DNA from: an uncultured bacterium | GTDB taxonomy: Bacteria > Oederibacteriota > PGYV01 > CAWJRG01 | Assembly (NCBI GenBank): GCA_963845185.1 | Contig: CAWJRG010000005.1 | Location: 384,001 to 448,000, forward strand | Direction: 5' to 3' | Length of the DNA: 64,000 nucleotides | Part shown: one piece after another, positions 19,623 to 28,655 of the stretch | How the letters are laid out: each line of letters begins with the position of its first letter | How positions within the stretch are numbered: the first letter of the stretch is position 1 | Notes under the pieces: model-generated | The model's input: only the letters and a program-made list of their open reading frames with translations | Told to the model about the DNA's origin: nothing | Database searches by the model: none | Program-made: the position numbers and the translations under genes

Positions 19623-20612
19623 TTATTGTGATGACCATACATCGTTGCCGGTAGAACCGGATATAATCCACATTTTACCGCTATAAGATAAAGCTATGCC
19701 GCTGTCTCTTGCGGTATATGCTCCAGCTGCTGTTACCTGCGTCCATGTAGCTCCATCAGTGCTGCTCCATACGTCATTAAAATCACTGACGGTTCCGATT
19801 CCTGTCATTATCCACATTTTATTATTGACTACAACGCTGCAATGCCAGTCCCTGGCTGTGAAAGGTGCAGTAGCCGGTGCCTGTATCCAGTTTGCTCCGT
19901 CAGTGCTGCTCCATACATCATTTAATAAATTACTGCTGTTGCCTACTCCGCCCATGACCCACATTTTATTATTATATACCACTCCGGTAAGTCCCCATCT
20001 TGCAGGAAAACTCGCAGATACTGTCGCTGTTATCCAGTTCGCGCCGTCGCTGCTGCTGTATGCGTCGCTTAATCCTGCTCCATAACCCGGGCCTCCGGCT
20101 ATTTCCCACATCTTATTGTTATATACCAAGCTGGCAGCTCCGTCTCTCGGGCTGAAGCATGCCGTGCCGGTTACAAGCGTCCATGCCGCGCCGTCAGTGC
20201 TGCTCCATACGTCATTTAAATAATATACGTCGAACCCGCCTATTATGTACATTTTATTGCCCAGTACAACGCTTGTAAGGTCATGCCTCGCGCTGAATGC
20301 CGCCCCTGTAGTCGCTGCTGTCCATGTAACTCCATTAGTGCTGCTCCACACATCATTGTAATTTGAACTGCCTTTGCCGGCGATTACCCACATTTGATTG
20401 TTAAATACAACTCCTGTAAGGCCCCATCTTCCTGCAAAAGCCGCGTTTGTAGTCGCTGCTGTCCAGGAAATGCCCAGATATGCGTCGAATGCAGGCGTTG
20501 CCGTTGGCGCTGGCCCGGACGGGCCTGTGGAAGTATTCTTTTTTGAACAGCTGAAAGCAAAAACAAACAACGCAAACAGTAAAACTAAAAAAATCAGACT
20601 CTTTCTTTTCAT
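19623..20612 (-). CDS. Kelch-like repeat lipoprotein
   Basis: Lipobox FSCSKK; repeats F.AR....VV.NNKMW..GG.....NDVWSS.DG..W. Confidence 0.9.
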   Translation of the reverse strand: MKRKSLIFLVLLFALFVFAFSCSKKNTSTGPSGPAPTATPAFDAYLGISWTAATTNAAFAGRWGLTGVVFNNQMWVIAGKGSSNYNDVWSSTNGVTWTAATTGAAFSARHDLTSVVLGNKMYIIGGFDVYYLNDVWSSTDGAAWTLVTGTACFSPRDGAASLVYNNKMWEIAGGPGYGAGLSDAYSSSDGANWITATVSASFPARWGLTGVVYNNKMWVMGGVGNSSNLLNDVWSSTDGANWIQAPATAPFTARDWHCSVVVNNKMWIMTGIGTVSDFNDVWSSTDGATWTQVTAAGAYTARDSGIALSYSGKMWIISGSTGNDVWSSQ

Positions 20613-20689
20613 TTTTTGACCTCCTGATTGAATTTCTGTAAATATTATTTTAAAACTGAATTCAGCAATGTCAATTCAAATATATTATA

Positions 20690-21223
20690 TTATGCCTTTA
20701 TTTCCCTGTAAACCCTTTCAAACGCATCAAATGCCGTTTGGGTAAAAAGCGCCATATATACCCGCTGGATAACCCTGTCGCCTTCCATGTCAAAATCAAC
20801 TATTTCATCAATCATTATTTTTGCGCATTTTTCAAGCGGGAAAGCGCCCACGCCCGTGCCGAGCGCGGGAAAAGCTATTGAAGCAATCCCAAGCTTATTG
20901 GCGAGCTCCAGCGAGCTTCTTGTTGATTTTTTTACATAATCAGCGTTTGTATTCAGGTCCCTGCCCATGACCGCAGCATGTATTATATAACGGCAGGGCA
21001 ATTTGCCTGCTTTTGTCTCGATTGCAGAGCCTATTGGTATAGGCCCTTTTTTCACTGCTTCCTGCTCTATTTCCACCCCGCCTTTTCTTTTTATTGCCCC
21101 TGCCACGCCTGCTCCCATCCACAATTCATTGTTGGCAGCGTTGACAAGCGCATCTGCCCTGATGTCAACAATATCCCCGTGCACAAGCTCTAACACTATG
21201 TTCCTTATTTTTTTGGCGTACAT
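20690..21223 (-). CDS. Macro domain protein (ADP-ribose binding/hydrolase)
   Basis: GDI, VNAAN, GAGVAGAI, IIHA and FPALGTGVG motifs. Confidence 0.95.
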   Translation of the reverse strand: MYAKKIRNIVLELVHGDIVDIRADALVNAANNELWMGAGVAGAIKRKGGVEIEQEAVKKGPIPIGSAIETKAGKLPCRYIIHAAVMGRDLNTNADYVKKSTRSSLELANKLGIASIAFPALGTGVGAFPLEKCAKIMIDEIVDFDMEGDRVIQRVYMALFTQTAFDAFERVYREIKA

Positions 21224-21229
21224 ATTAGT

Positions 21230-21454
21230 TTAATCCATCGCTTTCAAAAATTCTTCAACCGTTAAGCCTGATCTTGAGATTAAACTGCGAAGTGTTCCCC
21301 GTGCGACTTCCGGGTGATTTGGGATTGAAAGAGTAGCTATATTACCTTCTTTTGTCATAATTATATGGCTTCCGCGCCGGCGTGCCACTTGCCAACCCAG
21401 CTTTTGGAAAGCCTTAATTACTTCTTTCGGTCTTAATACAGGAACCGGAAGCAT
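21230..21454 (-). CDS. hicA: HicA family toxin
   Basis: K.LGW...R.RGSH....K......IP.H...GTLRS pattern. Confidence 0.92.
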   Translation of the reverse strand: MLPVPVLRPKEVIKAFQKLGWQVARRRGSHIIMTKEGNIATLSIPNHPEVARGTLRSLISRSGLTVEEFLKAMD

Positions 21455-21660
21455 TAGATATGGACATTAACTTGGTGGGTTGTAACAGTCAACGGCATGC
21501 CTTTTTCCGCACGTACCGCAAGGCATTCTTTTATTGCATTCTGTATGTTTTTTTCCGCTTCTTTTGCTGTTTTACCCTGGCTGACACAACCGGGAATCGA
21601 AGGGCATTCGGCTATAAATACTCCGTCTTCATCTTGAATTATTGTAACTGTAAATTTCAT
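21454..21660 (-). CDS. hicB: Short HicB family antitoxin (no DNA-binding domain)
   Basis: DEDG.FIAECPSIPGCVSQGKT..EA..NI..AI pattern; TAATG coupling to hicA. Confidence 0.92.
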   Translation of the reverse strand: MKFTVTIIQDEDGVFIAECPSIPGCVSQGKTAKEAEKNIQNAIKECLAVRAEKGMPLTVTTHQVNVHI

Positions 21661-21782
21661 ATTATCGCCTCCTGATTCATTTTTCCTGCATAATTATACG
21701 CCATAATCTTACTCCGTCAATATAAAATCAGGAACAGAGTAATATTGATGCTCCCCTGATTTCAGCACAACGTTTTTCGGCG

Positions 21783-21959
21783 TCATTTGTTTTTTTTGCA
21801 CGCTTTCCTGTACTCAGCCAGCTCTATTGCCGCGTCTTTCCCGGTCAAACCCTTTGCCTTTGACTTTATCTGCATTGATTCCGCTGCTGCTTTAAAACCA
21901 ATCATCTGCTTGTCTTTTTTCTGGTTCGAAACAAGGCCGCGGATAGTACCAAATTTCAT
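21783..21959 (-). CDS. Small protein, possibly an internally deleted Phd-like antitoxin
   Basis: GAGGTG RBS; MKFGTIR.L N-terminus and MQ..S..KGLT...I..E..EYRK C-terminus resemble short antitoxins; no partner toxin adjacent. Confidence 0.45.
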   Translation of the reverse strand: MKFGTIRGLVSNQKKDKQMIGFKAAAESMQIKSKAKGLTGKDAAIELAEYRKACKKNK

Positions 21960-22043
21960 AGCGCACCTCATTAAAAGCCTTTAATTTCATTCCTATATAA
22001 GTATAGCAATCATTTACCAATTAGTCAGCATAAAATATCCTGC

Positions 22044-22625
22044 CTATTTTTTCTTTTTTACTTTTCCTTTTACCGGTGGTTGCAATAAAGACTGTGCAGT
22101 GCTGATTATTTCTTTATTATCTTCCGTGGAAGCGGCTTTCCCGGTTTTTATGAGCCTGATAATCCCCTGCCGGTCGAGCAGGTAAACATATATCAGCGAA
22201 TCATCGGTAATGTTGAATATTTTTTTGTAGCCTTCCTTATCCTTAAAATACACCAGCACATGGTTTTTCATTTCATCCGCAGTTCCGCCTCTCATCCCGT
22301 TATAAATAATCCCGTTTATTATGCCGGCATCTCCGACCATGGCTATCGCGTAATATGCGGTTTTGCTGTTGCCCGAAAACGTCTTTATAAACGGCGCCAG
22401 CCAGGTCTCCATAAGCCCGTCACCGGGTTTTTGGTATGTCATCAATAACATCGCAACAGTGTTTGTTACATCAGCGGGAAGATTTACGATTTTATCTGTA
22501 AGTGATTGTGCTGAAATATCGGGAAAAACAGTATTGACGTAAGCTGCCATAATAGTTGTTCCGTCTGCAAAAGCAATACTTATTAAAACAGCAATAAAAC
22601 TTATTGTAAAAAGAATTTTTTTCAT
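22044..22625 (-). CDS. Secreted thioredoxin-fold/ATP10-like hypothetical protein
   Basis: Signal peptide; FP......L.....LP and YLLD..G.I motifs. Confidence 0.7.
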   Translation of the reverse strand: MKKILFTISFIAVLISIAFADGTTIMAAYVNTVFPDISAQSLTDKIVNLPADVTNTVAMLLMTYQKPGDGLMETWLAPFIKTFSGNSKTAYYAIAMVGDAGIINGIIYNGMRGGTADEMKNHVLVYFKDKEGYKKIFNITDDSLIYVYLLDRQGIIRLIKTGKAASTEDNKEIISTAQSLLQPPVKGKVKKKK

Positions 22626-22633
22626 ATGGGCAA

Positions 22634-22662
22634 ATTATATGCCCTTCAAAATACTTTGTCAA
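22634..22662 (-). promoter_or_regulatory. Consensus sigma70 promoter giving a leaderless mRNA
   Basis: TTGACA-17-TATAAT; ATG at 22625 is 8 nt downstream of the -10 box and has no SD. Confidence 0.7.
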
Positions 22663-22717
22663 GTTGCAAGCTGTCCGGAATCAGGCATTGAGCTTTACAA
22701 AATCCTCCGTTACTGTT

Positions 22718-22837
22718 GTGGAGCCCCCGCCTTCACAGGCGGGACACCTTTAAAAAAATTCTCTAATATGTTCCCTCCCCGAAGCGCTATTATATACCGC
22801 TTCAACAAAGGCGTGGATTTTCGCGGAGTGGGATTAA
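22718..22837. mobile_element. IS200/IS605-end-like short element
   Basis: GTGGAGCCCCCGCC...GGATTAA ends; core nearly identical to 48720-48817. Confidence 0.65.
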
Positions 22838-22858
22838 ATTACCAAATTTTTTAAAGCC

Positions 22859-25800
22859 TTACTTTAATATAATAATCGCATCATACTTGGATCGTGCCTT
22901 GACTCCGCCTTTATCTGCTATTACCACATAATAATAAGTGCCGGAACTTAAGTTGCTCAGGTTGCTGCTGTCATATTGCAGGACAACAAGCCCGTCTGAT
23001 ACCTGCTGTATATATGATCCCTCGAATACCTGTTCTTTTATCAGCCTGTAGGATGTCGTATATATCTTCAGCGTTATGCTGTCTATATTTACCGATGTTA
23101 CATTAACCGCAATATTTAAAGGTATCCCTGTCCCGGGGTTATACGGGTTAGGATACGGCTTTACACGCCATATTTTCAGCGTTCCTGTCGCTGCCTGTGT
23201 AGGTGTTACTGTACTCGTTTCAATAATATTTGTTGCAGTTAGCGTGGCACTTGCCGTTTCCGTTGCAGTATTAGTCTTTGAACTTTGAACATTGAACGTT
23301 GAACTTGCCGTGGGCGTATTTGTCAGCGTCATAGTAACAGTATCAGTCCTTGTCGCCGTAAGCGTATCCGTTGCCGTTATTTTAATTGTGCATGTCTCGG
23401 TTGCAGTTAGCGTGGCACCCGGCACGGTGCACGTAGCACTTGCTGTAGCCGTTAACGTAGCACTTACCACGCTCCACGTAGCACTCGCCGTAGGCGTATA
23501 AATCCACGTTGTTGAAGAAGTCGGGGTTGCACTGGGTGTTCCTGTTGCTGAATAAGAGGAAGTCGGTGTATTAGACGGGCTTGGAGAACTGGTTCTTGTC
23601 GCCGTAAGCGTATCCGTTGCCGTTATTTTAATTGTGCATGTCTCGGTTGCAGTTAGCGTGGCACCCGGCACGGTGCACGTAGCACTCGCTGTAGCCGTTA
23701 ACGTAGCACTTACCACGCTCCACGTAGCACTCGCCGTAGGCGTACATGTTGGTGTCCCTGTAAATGCAATCGTCAATGTCGGCGTGTTTGTTTCTGTCGC
23801 GCTAAGCGTAGCTGTATTTGTCCTTGTATTGACCGGCGTATCCGTCAACGTTAAAGTAACTGTATATGTCGCTGTGTTTGTTCTTGTCCCAGTAGGTGTC
23901 AGCGTGGCTGTGTTTGTTATTGTTATTGTCGGCAATACGGTAAATGTTGAAGTCAGCGTGCGCGTGAATGTTGGCGAGCCTGTCAGCGTGAGTGTTGTTG
24001 TAAACGTACAGGTAGGCGTATGCGTGAATGTCGGCGAATCTGTAATCGTAGTAGTTGCCGTAAACGTACAGGTAGGCGTATGCGTGAATGTCGGCGAATC
24101 TGTAATCGTAGTAGTTGCCGTAAACGTACCGGTAACAGTATGCGTGAATGTCGGCGAGCTCGTCCGTGTGGCAGTTACTGTTGCTGACGGTGAAACCGCG
24201 GCTGCTGCCGTCATTGTGGCTGAAACCTGCGGCGAAGGTGTGGGGCTGGACTGGCTATATCCCTGGCACTCCAGGCGGATATAGTCGTATTCAAAGCCGT
24301 TACCGTTTCCGGCCGTTCCGGTCGGCCGCAGGCCGATGTCAATCTCGTTCCAGCCTGCTTTCAGGTCCGTGGCCGGAAAATCCAAATAGGCATCGCCCCA
24401 GGCCCCGTTCGAGCCAAGGCGCACCATGGTATCGAAGCTGTAGTTTGGCACATAAAAGCCGGTGGTCGCGTTTGCTATCGTGGCATAGGTGCCGTCTGTG
24501 GATCCGGTAACCGGGGCTGTCTGGACTGTTCCGTTAATGGTGATGATGCAGGCCGCGCTGTAAGCGGCGGCGAATGCCATGTACAGGCGTGCCTGGTTTC
24601 CTGCTGCCGGCGCTTTGGCCATGTTGAAATAGATTTTTGATGCAGTGCCCACATAAGTGCCGCCGGTATTGAGTATGGTCGGCTGGCAATAATTCCAGTC
24701 ATTTGCGTAGTTGCCCACACCTACTGTGTAGCTTACCCCGTTGGGAAATTGGTTCGCGTAGTCCAGGAACGCGCTCCAGTCCGTGGGAATATCGTACGGA
24801 GCCCCGCCTGCATATGGCGGCAGCACGCCGCTCCAGGGCGTTACGTCGTGCTCGCCGTTGTTAAATTCCTCGCTGCTCCGGTCCGGGACTCCGATCTCCC
24901 ACACTGTTGGCCCGAGACGAAGCGGTGTCCAGGTTACGGTGCCGAGGTTCAGAGTCTGTCCGGCAGCCACTGTAATATTGGCCTGTTCAAAGGTACCTGC
25001 CGCTCCCGGGCCGAATGCCCACAGGTTATAAGTGCCCGGCAAAACATTTGGTATTGTAAAACTTCCGCCGGTTGTTGTCTTGACCCAGAACTGGTATGTA
25101 AGGTATTGCTGCTGGAAGTCAACTCCTACGTCGTCCGGCGCCAGCCCTATCCACATGCCGACAGGCGATGCGGTTGGATTATAAGTATCATTAATGGCGA
25201 ATGTGCCGCTCACCGTACCGCGGCCGGATGCCTGCGGGTATGCGGTAACCGTGGTCCCTGAGCCGGTCGATTCCGGCTGAGGGTTGAACCAGGCGTATGG
25301 CCACGCCGACTGCTCTGCCGCAGCCTGTGCCTGGGCATCAGCAAACAAAACCTGCGCGTATGTGCTTACGTCCGTGGCTGTGCCTGTGTACTGGTTGGCG
25401 TATATAAAAGCCGGGCCAAAGGTCTTGGAGGTGAATGTTCCGGCTGGCTGATCCTGGGTCAGGCCGAAGCCGTAGTGCCCGCCGCCGAACATGTCGAGCA
25501 GGGTATTGCCCAGGTGCGCGGTGAGTTCCCTGTGCATGGGCCCGCCGTCCAAATATTCATGGCTGGGGAAGGTCTGCCAGACTCCGTATTTCGAGGTCGT
25601 GGAAGCCCAGCCGTATACGTTCGTCTGTCCGAGCGGCTCGCTGTATGAGTACTTGCATCCTGTGGTGCCGGAATAAATGCCGCTCGTGAAATCAAACACT
25701 TCCACGGGCGCTCCGGTTACGGTTACGTAGGTATCGCTTGTTGAGGCCATCTGGCGGAACCGGTATGGGTCCACGCAAATCCAGTCGAACATTGACCCTA

Positions 25801-26317
25801 CGTACATGTTCGTGCGCAGTTCCGCGCCGGGGTAGTCTGCGTAGGTTGTCTCGTGTGTGAGGACAAGGGTGTCGTATATGCCCTGCTGTCCCCGGAGCAT
25901 GTCGTAATACAGCGTGCAATCTATTGGGCTGCCGAGAGTCTGGAGCTCCACTTCTGCCTGATTGCCGCCGTTGTTTGCGGGATTCACAGTCAGTGTGTAC
26001 ACTGGGTTGGTCAGGGTGGGCCCGCCCGAGCCGTCTATATAAAAGTAACCGCCGCCGTTGCCGCCGGCCAAAAGATTTGTGCCGTTATAGGTGAAGTTCG
26101 TGATGTTGCCGTTGGTGATGTTGATGGTTATCGAAACGATGCCGTTCGCAAGAACCACATTGTTGCCGTTCTGGGTCGCTGTCACATTCGCGCCTGTGCC
26201 TGTGCCGCCGCCTGCCACATTGGCATAGGAAGCCGTTGCCGGCAATAAAGAAATAATCAGGAATATGAACGTTACAATATTTAATTTGGTTTTTTTTAAA
26301 GATATACCCTTATGCAT
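22859..26317 (-). CDS. Rhamnogalacturonan lyase (PL4)-like protein with Thr-rich linker and C-terminal YPNP sorting-like domain
   Basis: KYSYS, GVW...PSHEYL.GGP...ELT.H, YQFW....G.F.I.NV.PGTY.L, WEIG.PDRS..EF and YDYIRLE motifs; ~350-aa Thr-rich tract; PYPNP...KIYT...SGTYYY. Confidence 0.85.
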   Translation of the reverse strand: MHKGISLKKTKLNIVTFIFLIISLLPATASYANVAGGGTGTGANVTATQNGNNVVLANGIVSITINITNGNITNFTYNGTNLLAGGNGGGYFYIDGSGGPTLTNPVYTLTVNPANNGGNQAEVELQTLGSPIDCTLYYDMLRGQQGIYDTLVLTHETTYADYPGAELRTNMYVGSMFDWICVDPYRFRQMASTSDTYVTVTGAPVEVFDFTSGIYSGTTGCKYSYSEPLGQTNVYGWASTTSKYGVWQTFPSHEYLDGGPMHRELTAHLGNTLLDMFGGGHYGFGLTQDQPAGTFTSKTFGPAFIYANQYTGTATDVSTYAQVLFADAQAQAAAEQSAWPYAWFNPQPESTGSGTTVTAYPQASGRGTVSGTFAINDTYNPTASPVGMWIGLAPDDVGVDFQQQYLTYQFWVKTTTGGSFTIPNVLPGTYNLWAFGPGAAGTFEQANITVAAGQTLNLGTVTWTPLRLGPTVWEIGVPDRSSEEFNNGEHDVTPWSGVLPPYAGGAPYDIPTDWSAFLDYANQFPNGVSYTVGVGNYANDWNYCQPTILNTGGTYVGTASKIYFNMAKAPAAGNQARLYMAFAAAYSAACIITINGTVQTAPVTGSTDGTYATIANATTGFYVPNYSFDTMVRLGSNGAWGDAYLDFPATDLKAGWNEIDIGLRPTGTAGNGNGFEYDYIRLECQGYSQSSPTPSPQVSATMTAAAAVSPSATVTATRTSSPTFTHTVTGTFTATTTITDSPTFTHTPTCTFTATTTITDSPTFTHTPTCTFTTTLTLTGSPTFTRTLTSTFTVLPTITITNTATLTPTGTRTNTATYTVTLTLTDTPVNTRTNTATLSATETNTPTLTIAFTGTPTCTPTASATWSVVSATLTATASATCTVPGATLTATETCTIKITATDTLTATRTSSPSPSNTPTSSYSATGTPSATPTSSTTWIYTPTASATWSVVSATLTATASATCTVPGATLTATETCTIKITATDTLTATRTDTVTMTLTNTPTASSTFNVQSSKTNTATETASATLTATNIIETSTVTPTQAATGTLKIWRVKPYPNPYNPGTGIPLNIAVNVTSVNIDSITLKIYTTSYRLIKEQVFEGSYIQQVSDGLVVLQYDSSNLSNLSSGTYYYVVIADKGGVKARSKYDAIIILK
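23349..23744. repeat. 150-bp direct repeat in the linker (23349-23498 and 23595-23744)
   Basis: One mismatch between copies by eye. Confidence 0.9.
24001..24157. repeat. 60-bp tandem repeat (two exact copies plus a partial one) in the linker
   Basis: 24001-24060 is identical to 24061-24120. Confidence 0.92.
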
Positions 26318-26496
26318 AAATTCACCTGGATGCAGTTGAAAAAAAATTGTTAATAGTTAATTTAAGTTTATTAACCACTTTTGCAACTATACAAATCAAT
26401 TATGCATAAGTCAAGTATCAAACTCTTTTGCGGTTTTTTTTGTGTAATATTAAGTGGACCCCGCGACTCCCGCAGGGGGGTTCCACCCACAGCAGC

Positions 26497-27717
26497 TCAC
26501 AACAATATCTTTTCCGGATTTAGAAAAAACTCCACGGCATCAAGGTGTTTTATATCCGTTGAATCTTCTGTTTTCTTGAAAGATATAATAACTTTTTTTA
26601 CGTTCCTGTATCGCCTGGAAAAAACGTCAAACGCGGCCATAGCTTTACCGGTATACCCCGACTTTACTTCAATTGCCGTAAGCCTGTCTCCTGTTTTTAA
26701 TATATAATCGACTTCAAAATTCCTTTCGCGCCAGTAAAAAATTTCTCCGCCTTTTTCCTGGGCCAGCCAGTATAACCTGGCTCCGACTGCGTTTTCAAAC
26801 AGCCTTCCCCAGTAAATTTTATCATTAAAAGCCTGTTTGAATGTTTTTCCGGAGTTTGCGGTTACAATTGAATTGTCCAGGAAAAGTATTTTCGGCGAGG
26901 AACTTTTCTGCTTTATTTTACTGCCGCTGTACTTCTCGAGCGGCACCAAAAAAAACGCGTTAGCCAGCAGCCTGAGGTAAAAAGCTATAGTTGAAGCGTT
27001 TCCGGCTTCCTGCAGCTGTCCCAGCATGTTTTGATAACTTAATATTTGTGCCGGATAATGCAGGCAAAGATCGAATGCCTGTCTTAACAGGGCCGGCTTG
27101 GTTATGGGATTCATTAAAAAAACATCTTTTGCTATCACCGTTTCAATCAAAGACGCTCTTATATATTCCATCCATCTTTCATGATTTTTGCGTAAAGGCA
27201 GGGCCGCCGGATAGCTGCCGGAATAAATGTACTCGTTCAGGTTAAGATTGATGAATTCTTTGCATTCTCCATATGACCACTGGCCGTGCTTGTGCAGTTC
27301 AAACCGGCCTGCAAGGCTTTCGGTTAATCCCCTTTGCATTAAAAGCGACGAAGAACCCAGGATAATTACACGCAGGCGGGTGTTTGAAAATTTATCTTCA
27401 TCAAAAAATTTTTTTACTACGGTACTCCATTTGGAAACTTTCGGTATTTCATCTATTATGAGCAGTGTTTTTTTTCGTTCTTTTCTTTCCGCTTCCCGCG
27501 CTTTAACCCATATTTTCGCGACCCAGCCGGCATCTATGACACCCGAAGAATCCGCGGTTTCATAAAATTTAGGCCCTTTCCATGTTTTGTAAAATTGTTT
27601 TACAAGCGTGGTTTTCCCCACCTGCCTCGGGCCGACAACAGCCTGGATAAAATTCATACGGCTGTCCATGTGGCTTTTGAGTTTTGTGTAAAGTTTTCTT
27701 CTCAGGTATAGTTTCAT
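26497..27717 (-). CDS. AAA_14 ATPase with DUF4143 (PD-(D/E)xK-like C-terminus)
   Basis: GPRQVGKTT, IIDEI, LGSSSL, ESLAGR, G.LFEN and YWR....EVD......IEVKSG motifs. Confidence 0.93.
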   Translation of the reverse strand: MKLYLRRKLYTKLKSHMDSRMNFIQAVVGPRQVGKTTLVKQFYKTWKGPKFYETADSSGVIDAGWVAKIWVKAREAERKERKKTLLIIDEIPKVSKWSTVVKKFFDEDKFSNTRLRVIILGSSSLLMQRGLTESLAGRFELHKHGQWSYGECKEFINLNLNEYIYSGSYPAALPLRKNHERWMEYIRASLIETVIAKDVFLMNPITKPALLRQAFDLCLHYPAQILSYQNMLGQLQEAGNASTIAFYLRLLANAFFLVPLEKYSGSKIKQKSSSPKILFLDNSIVTANSGKTFKQAFNDKIYWGRLFENAVGARLYWLAQEKGGEIFYWRERNFEVDYILKTGDRLTAIEVKSGYTGKAMAAFDVFSRRYRNVKKVIISFKKTEDSTDIKHLDAVEFFLNPEKILL

Positions 27718-27726
27718 GATTTTTAA

Positions 27727-27784
27727 AGCATATCATTTTGTTTGCAACTTGTCAACAATTTGTTCAGTCGACTGAACAAATTGT
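27727..27784 (-). promoter_or_regulatory. Promoter (TTGACA-17-TATGCT) abutting a perfect 30-bp palindrome
   Basis: -10 at 27727-27732 and -35 at 27750-27755; ACAATTTGTTCAGTC|GACTGAACAAATTGT at 27755-27784. Confidence 0.7.
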
Positions 27785-27941
27785 AAGTGGCATTTCTTGG
27801 AATTGTCCCATTTGGCAACAGCGGCATGGCGGGTATTCCCCGCGCCCTGCACAAAGTAAATCCGGAAAGCCCTGGGCCGATACAGGTACTGACTATCGCA
27901 AATAATCATATGCCAACCCGGCTTCAGTTTCAAGGCTGGAG

Positions 27942-28622
27942 CTACTTCAAAAACCTCTTCTTCCCCATCTTCCAGATTTGTTTTATTCCTTTCACTGCCA
28001 GCTTTGCCCCCTCTTTCACTACTTTCCCGGTCAGGGTATCCGGCTCCCGGCTTATTATACCACTGAACTGAGTTTTTAGAGTTTCTAGTCCCTGATTTCT
28101 TGTTTTCAGTTGGGATTCGTTCTGAATATTATCTTTCACTTTCCCCATAACACTTACCCCTTTCCCCATCTTTTCCTGTTCCTTCCCCTTACCACTTACC
28201 CCATCCCCCGCTTTTATCCTCTCCACCATCTCCGGCAAATCCACCAGATACGGGTTCCCGGAAGCCTGAGCCCAACCAAAGGCTGGCCCATGCCCATTGT
28301 CATTGGCATGCTTTAGTTCCCATATGACTCCCGCCGCCCCCAAAGCTGCCATAGCCGCCATGGGCTCGTCCTGTATTATAATATGAGACCCGTCCTTAGC
28401 CGGCCTTTTTATATCAAAATACCCTGTCTCAGCCATTTCCTTCCAAAACCCGTCATCCTGCCCGCCCTGCTTTGGTAGGGACAGCACTCCCGTGCTGTCC
28501 GAATTTCCCTCTCCCCCGCTTTTGCCTTTGCCGCCCTCCGATCCTCTGATCCTCTTGCCCTGAGCTTGTCGAAGGGCCGACCTTCCGCTTTCCTGCCTTT
28601 GCCATCGCCTTTCACTTCGCAC
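27942..28622 (-). CDS. Dubious hypothetical ORF built largely from short repeats
   Basis: 226-aa open frame with no recognisable domain; contains CCCTTCGACAAGCTCAGGG and 6-8-mer degenerate repeats. Confidence 0.3.
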   Translation of the reverse strand: MRSERRWQRQESGRSALRQAQGKRIRGSEGGKGKSGGEGNSDSTGVLSLPKQGGQDDGFWKEMAETGYFDIKRPAKDGSHIIIQDEPMAAMAALGAAGVIWELKHANDNGHGPAFGWAQASGNPYLVDLPEMVERIKAGDGVSGKGKEQEKMGKGVSVMGKVKDNIQNESQLKTRNQGLETLKTQFSGIISREPDTLTGKVVKEGAKLAVKGIKQIWKMGKKRFLK

Positions 28623-28655
28623 ATAGCACTTAGCACGTCACACGTCCTCATCTGC

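Noticed and set aside
23349..24157. Repeats as DGR template/variable region or CRISPR
   Set aside because: They are in-frame coding duplications of a Thr-rich linker with no adenine-specific variation, and no reverse transcriptase is present.
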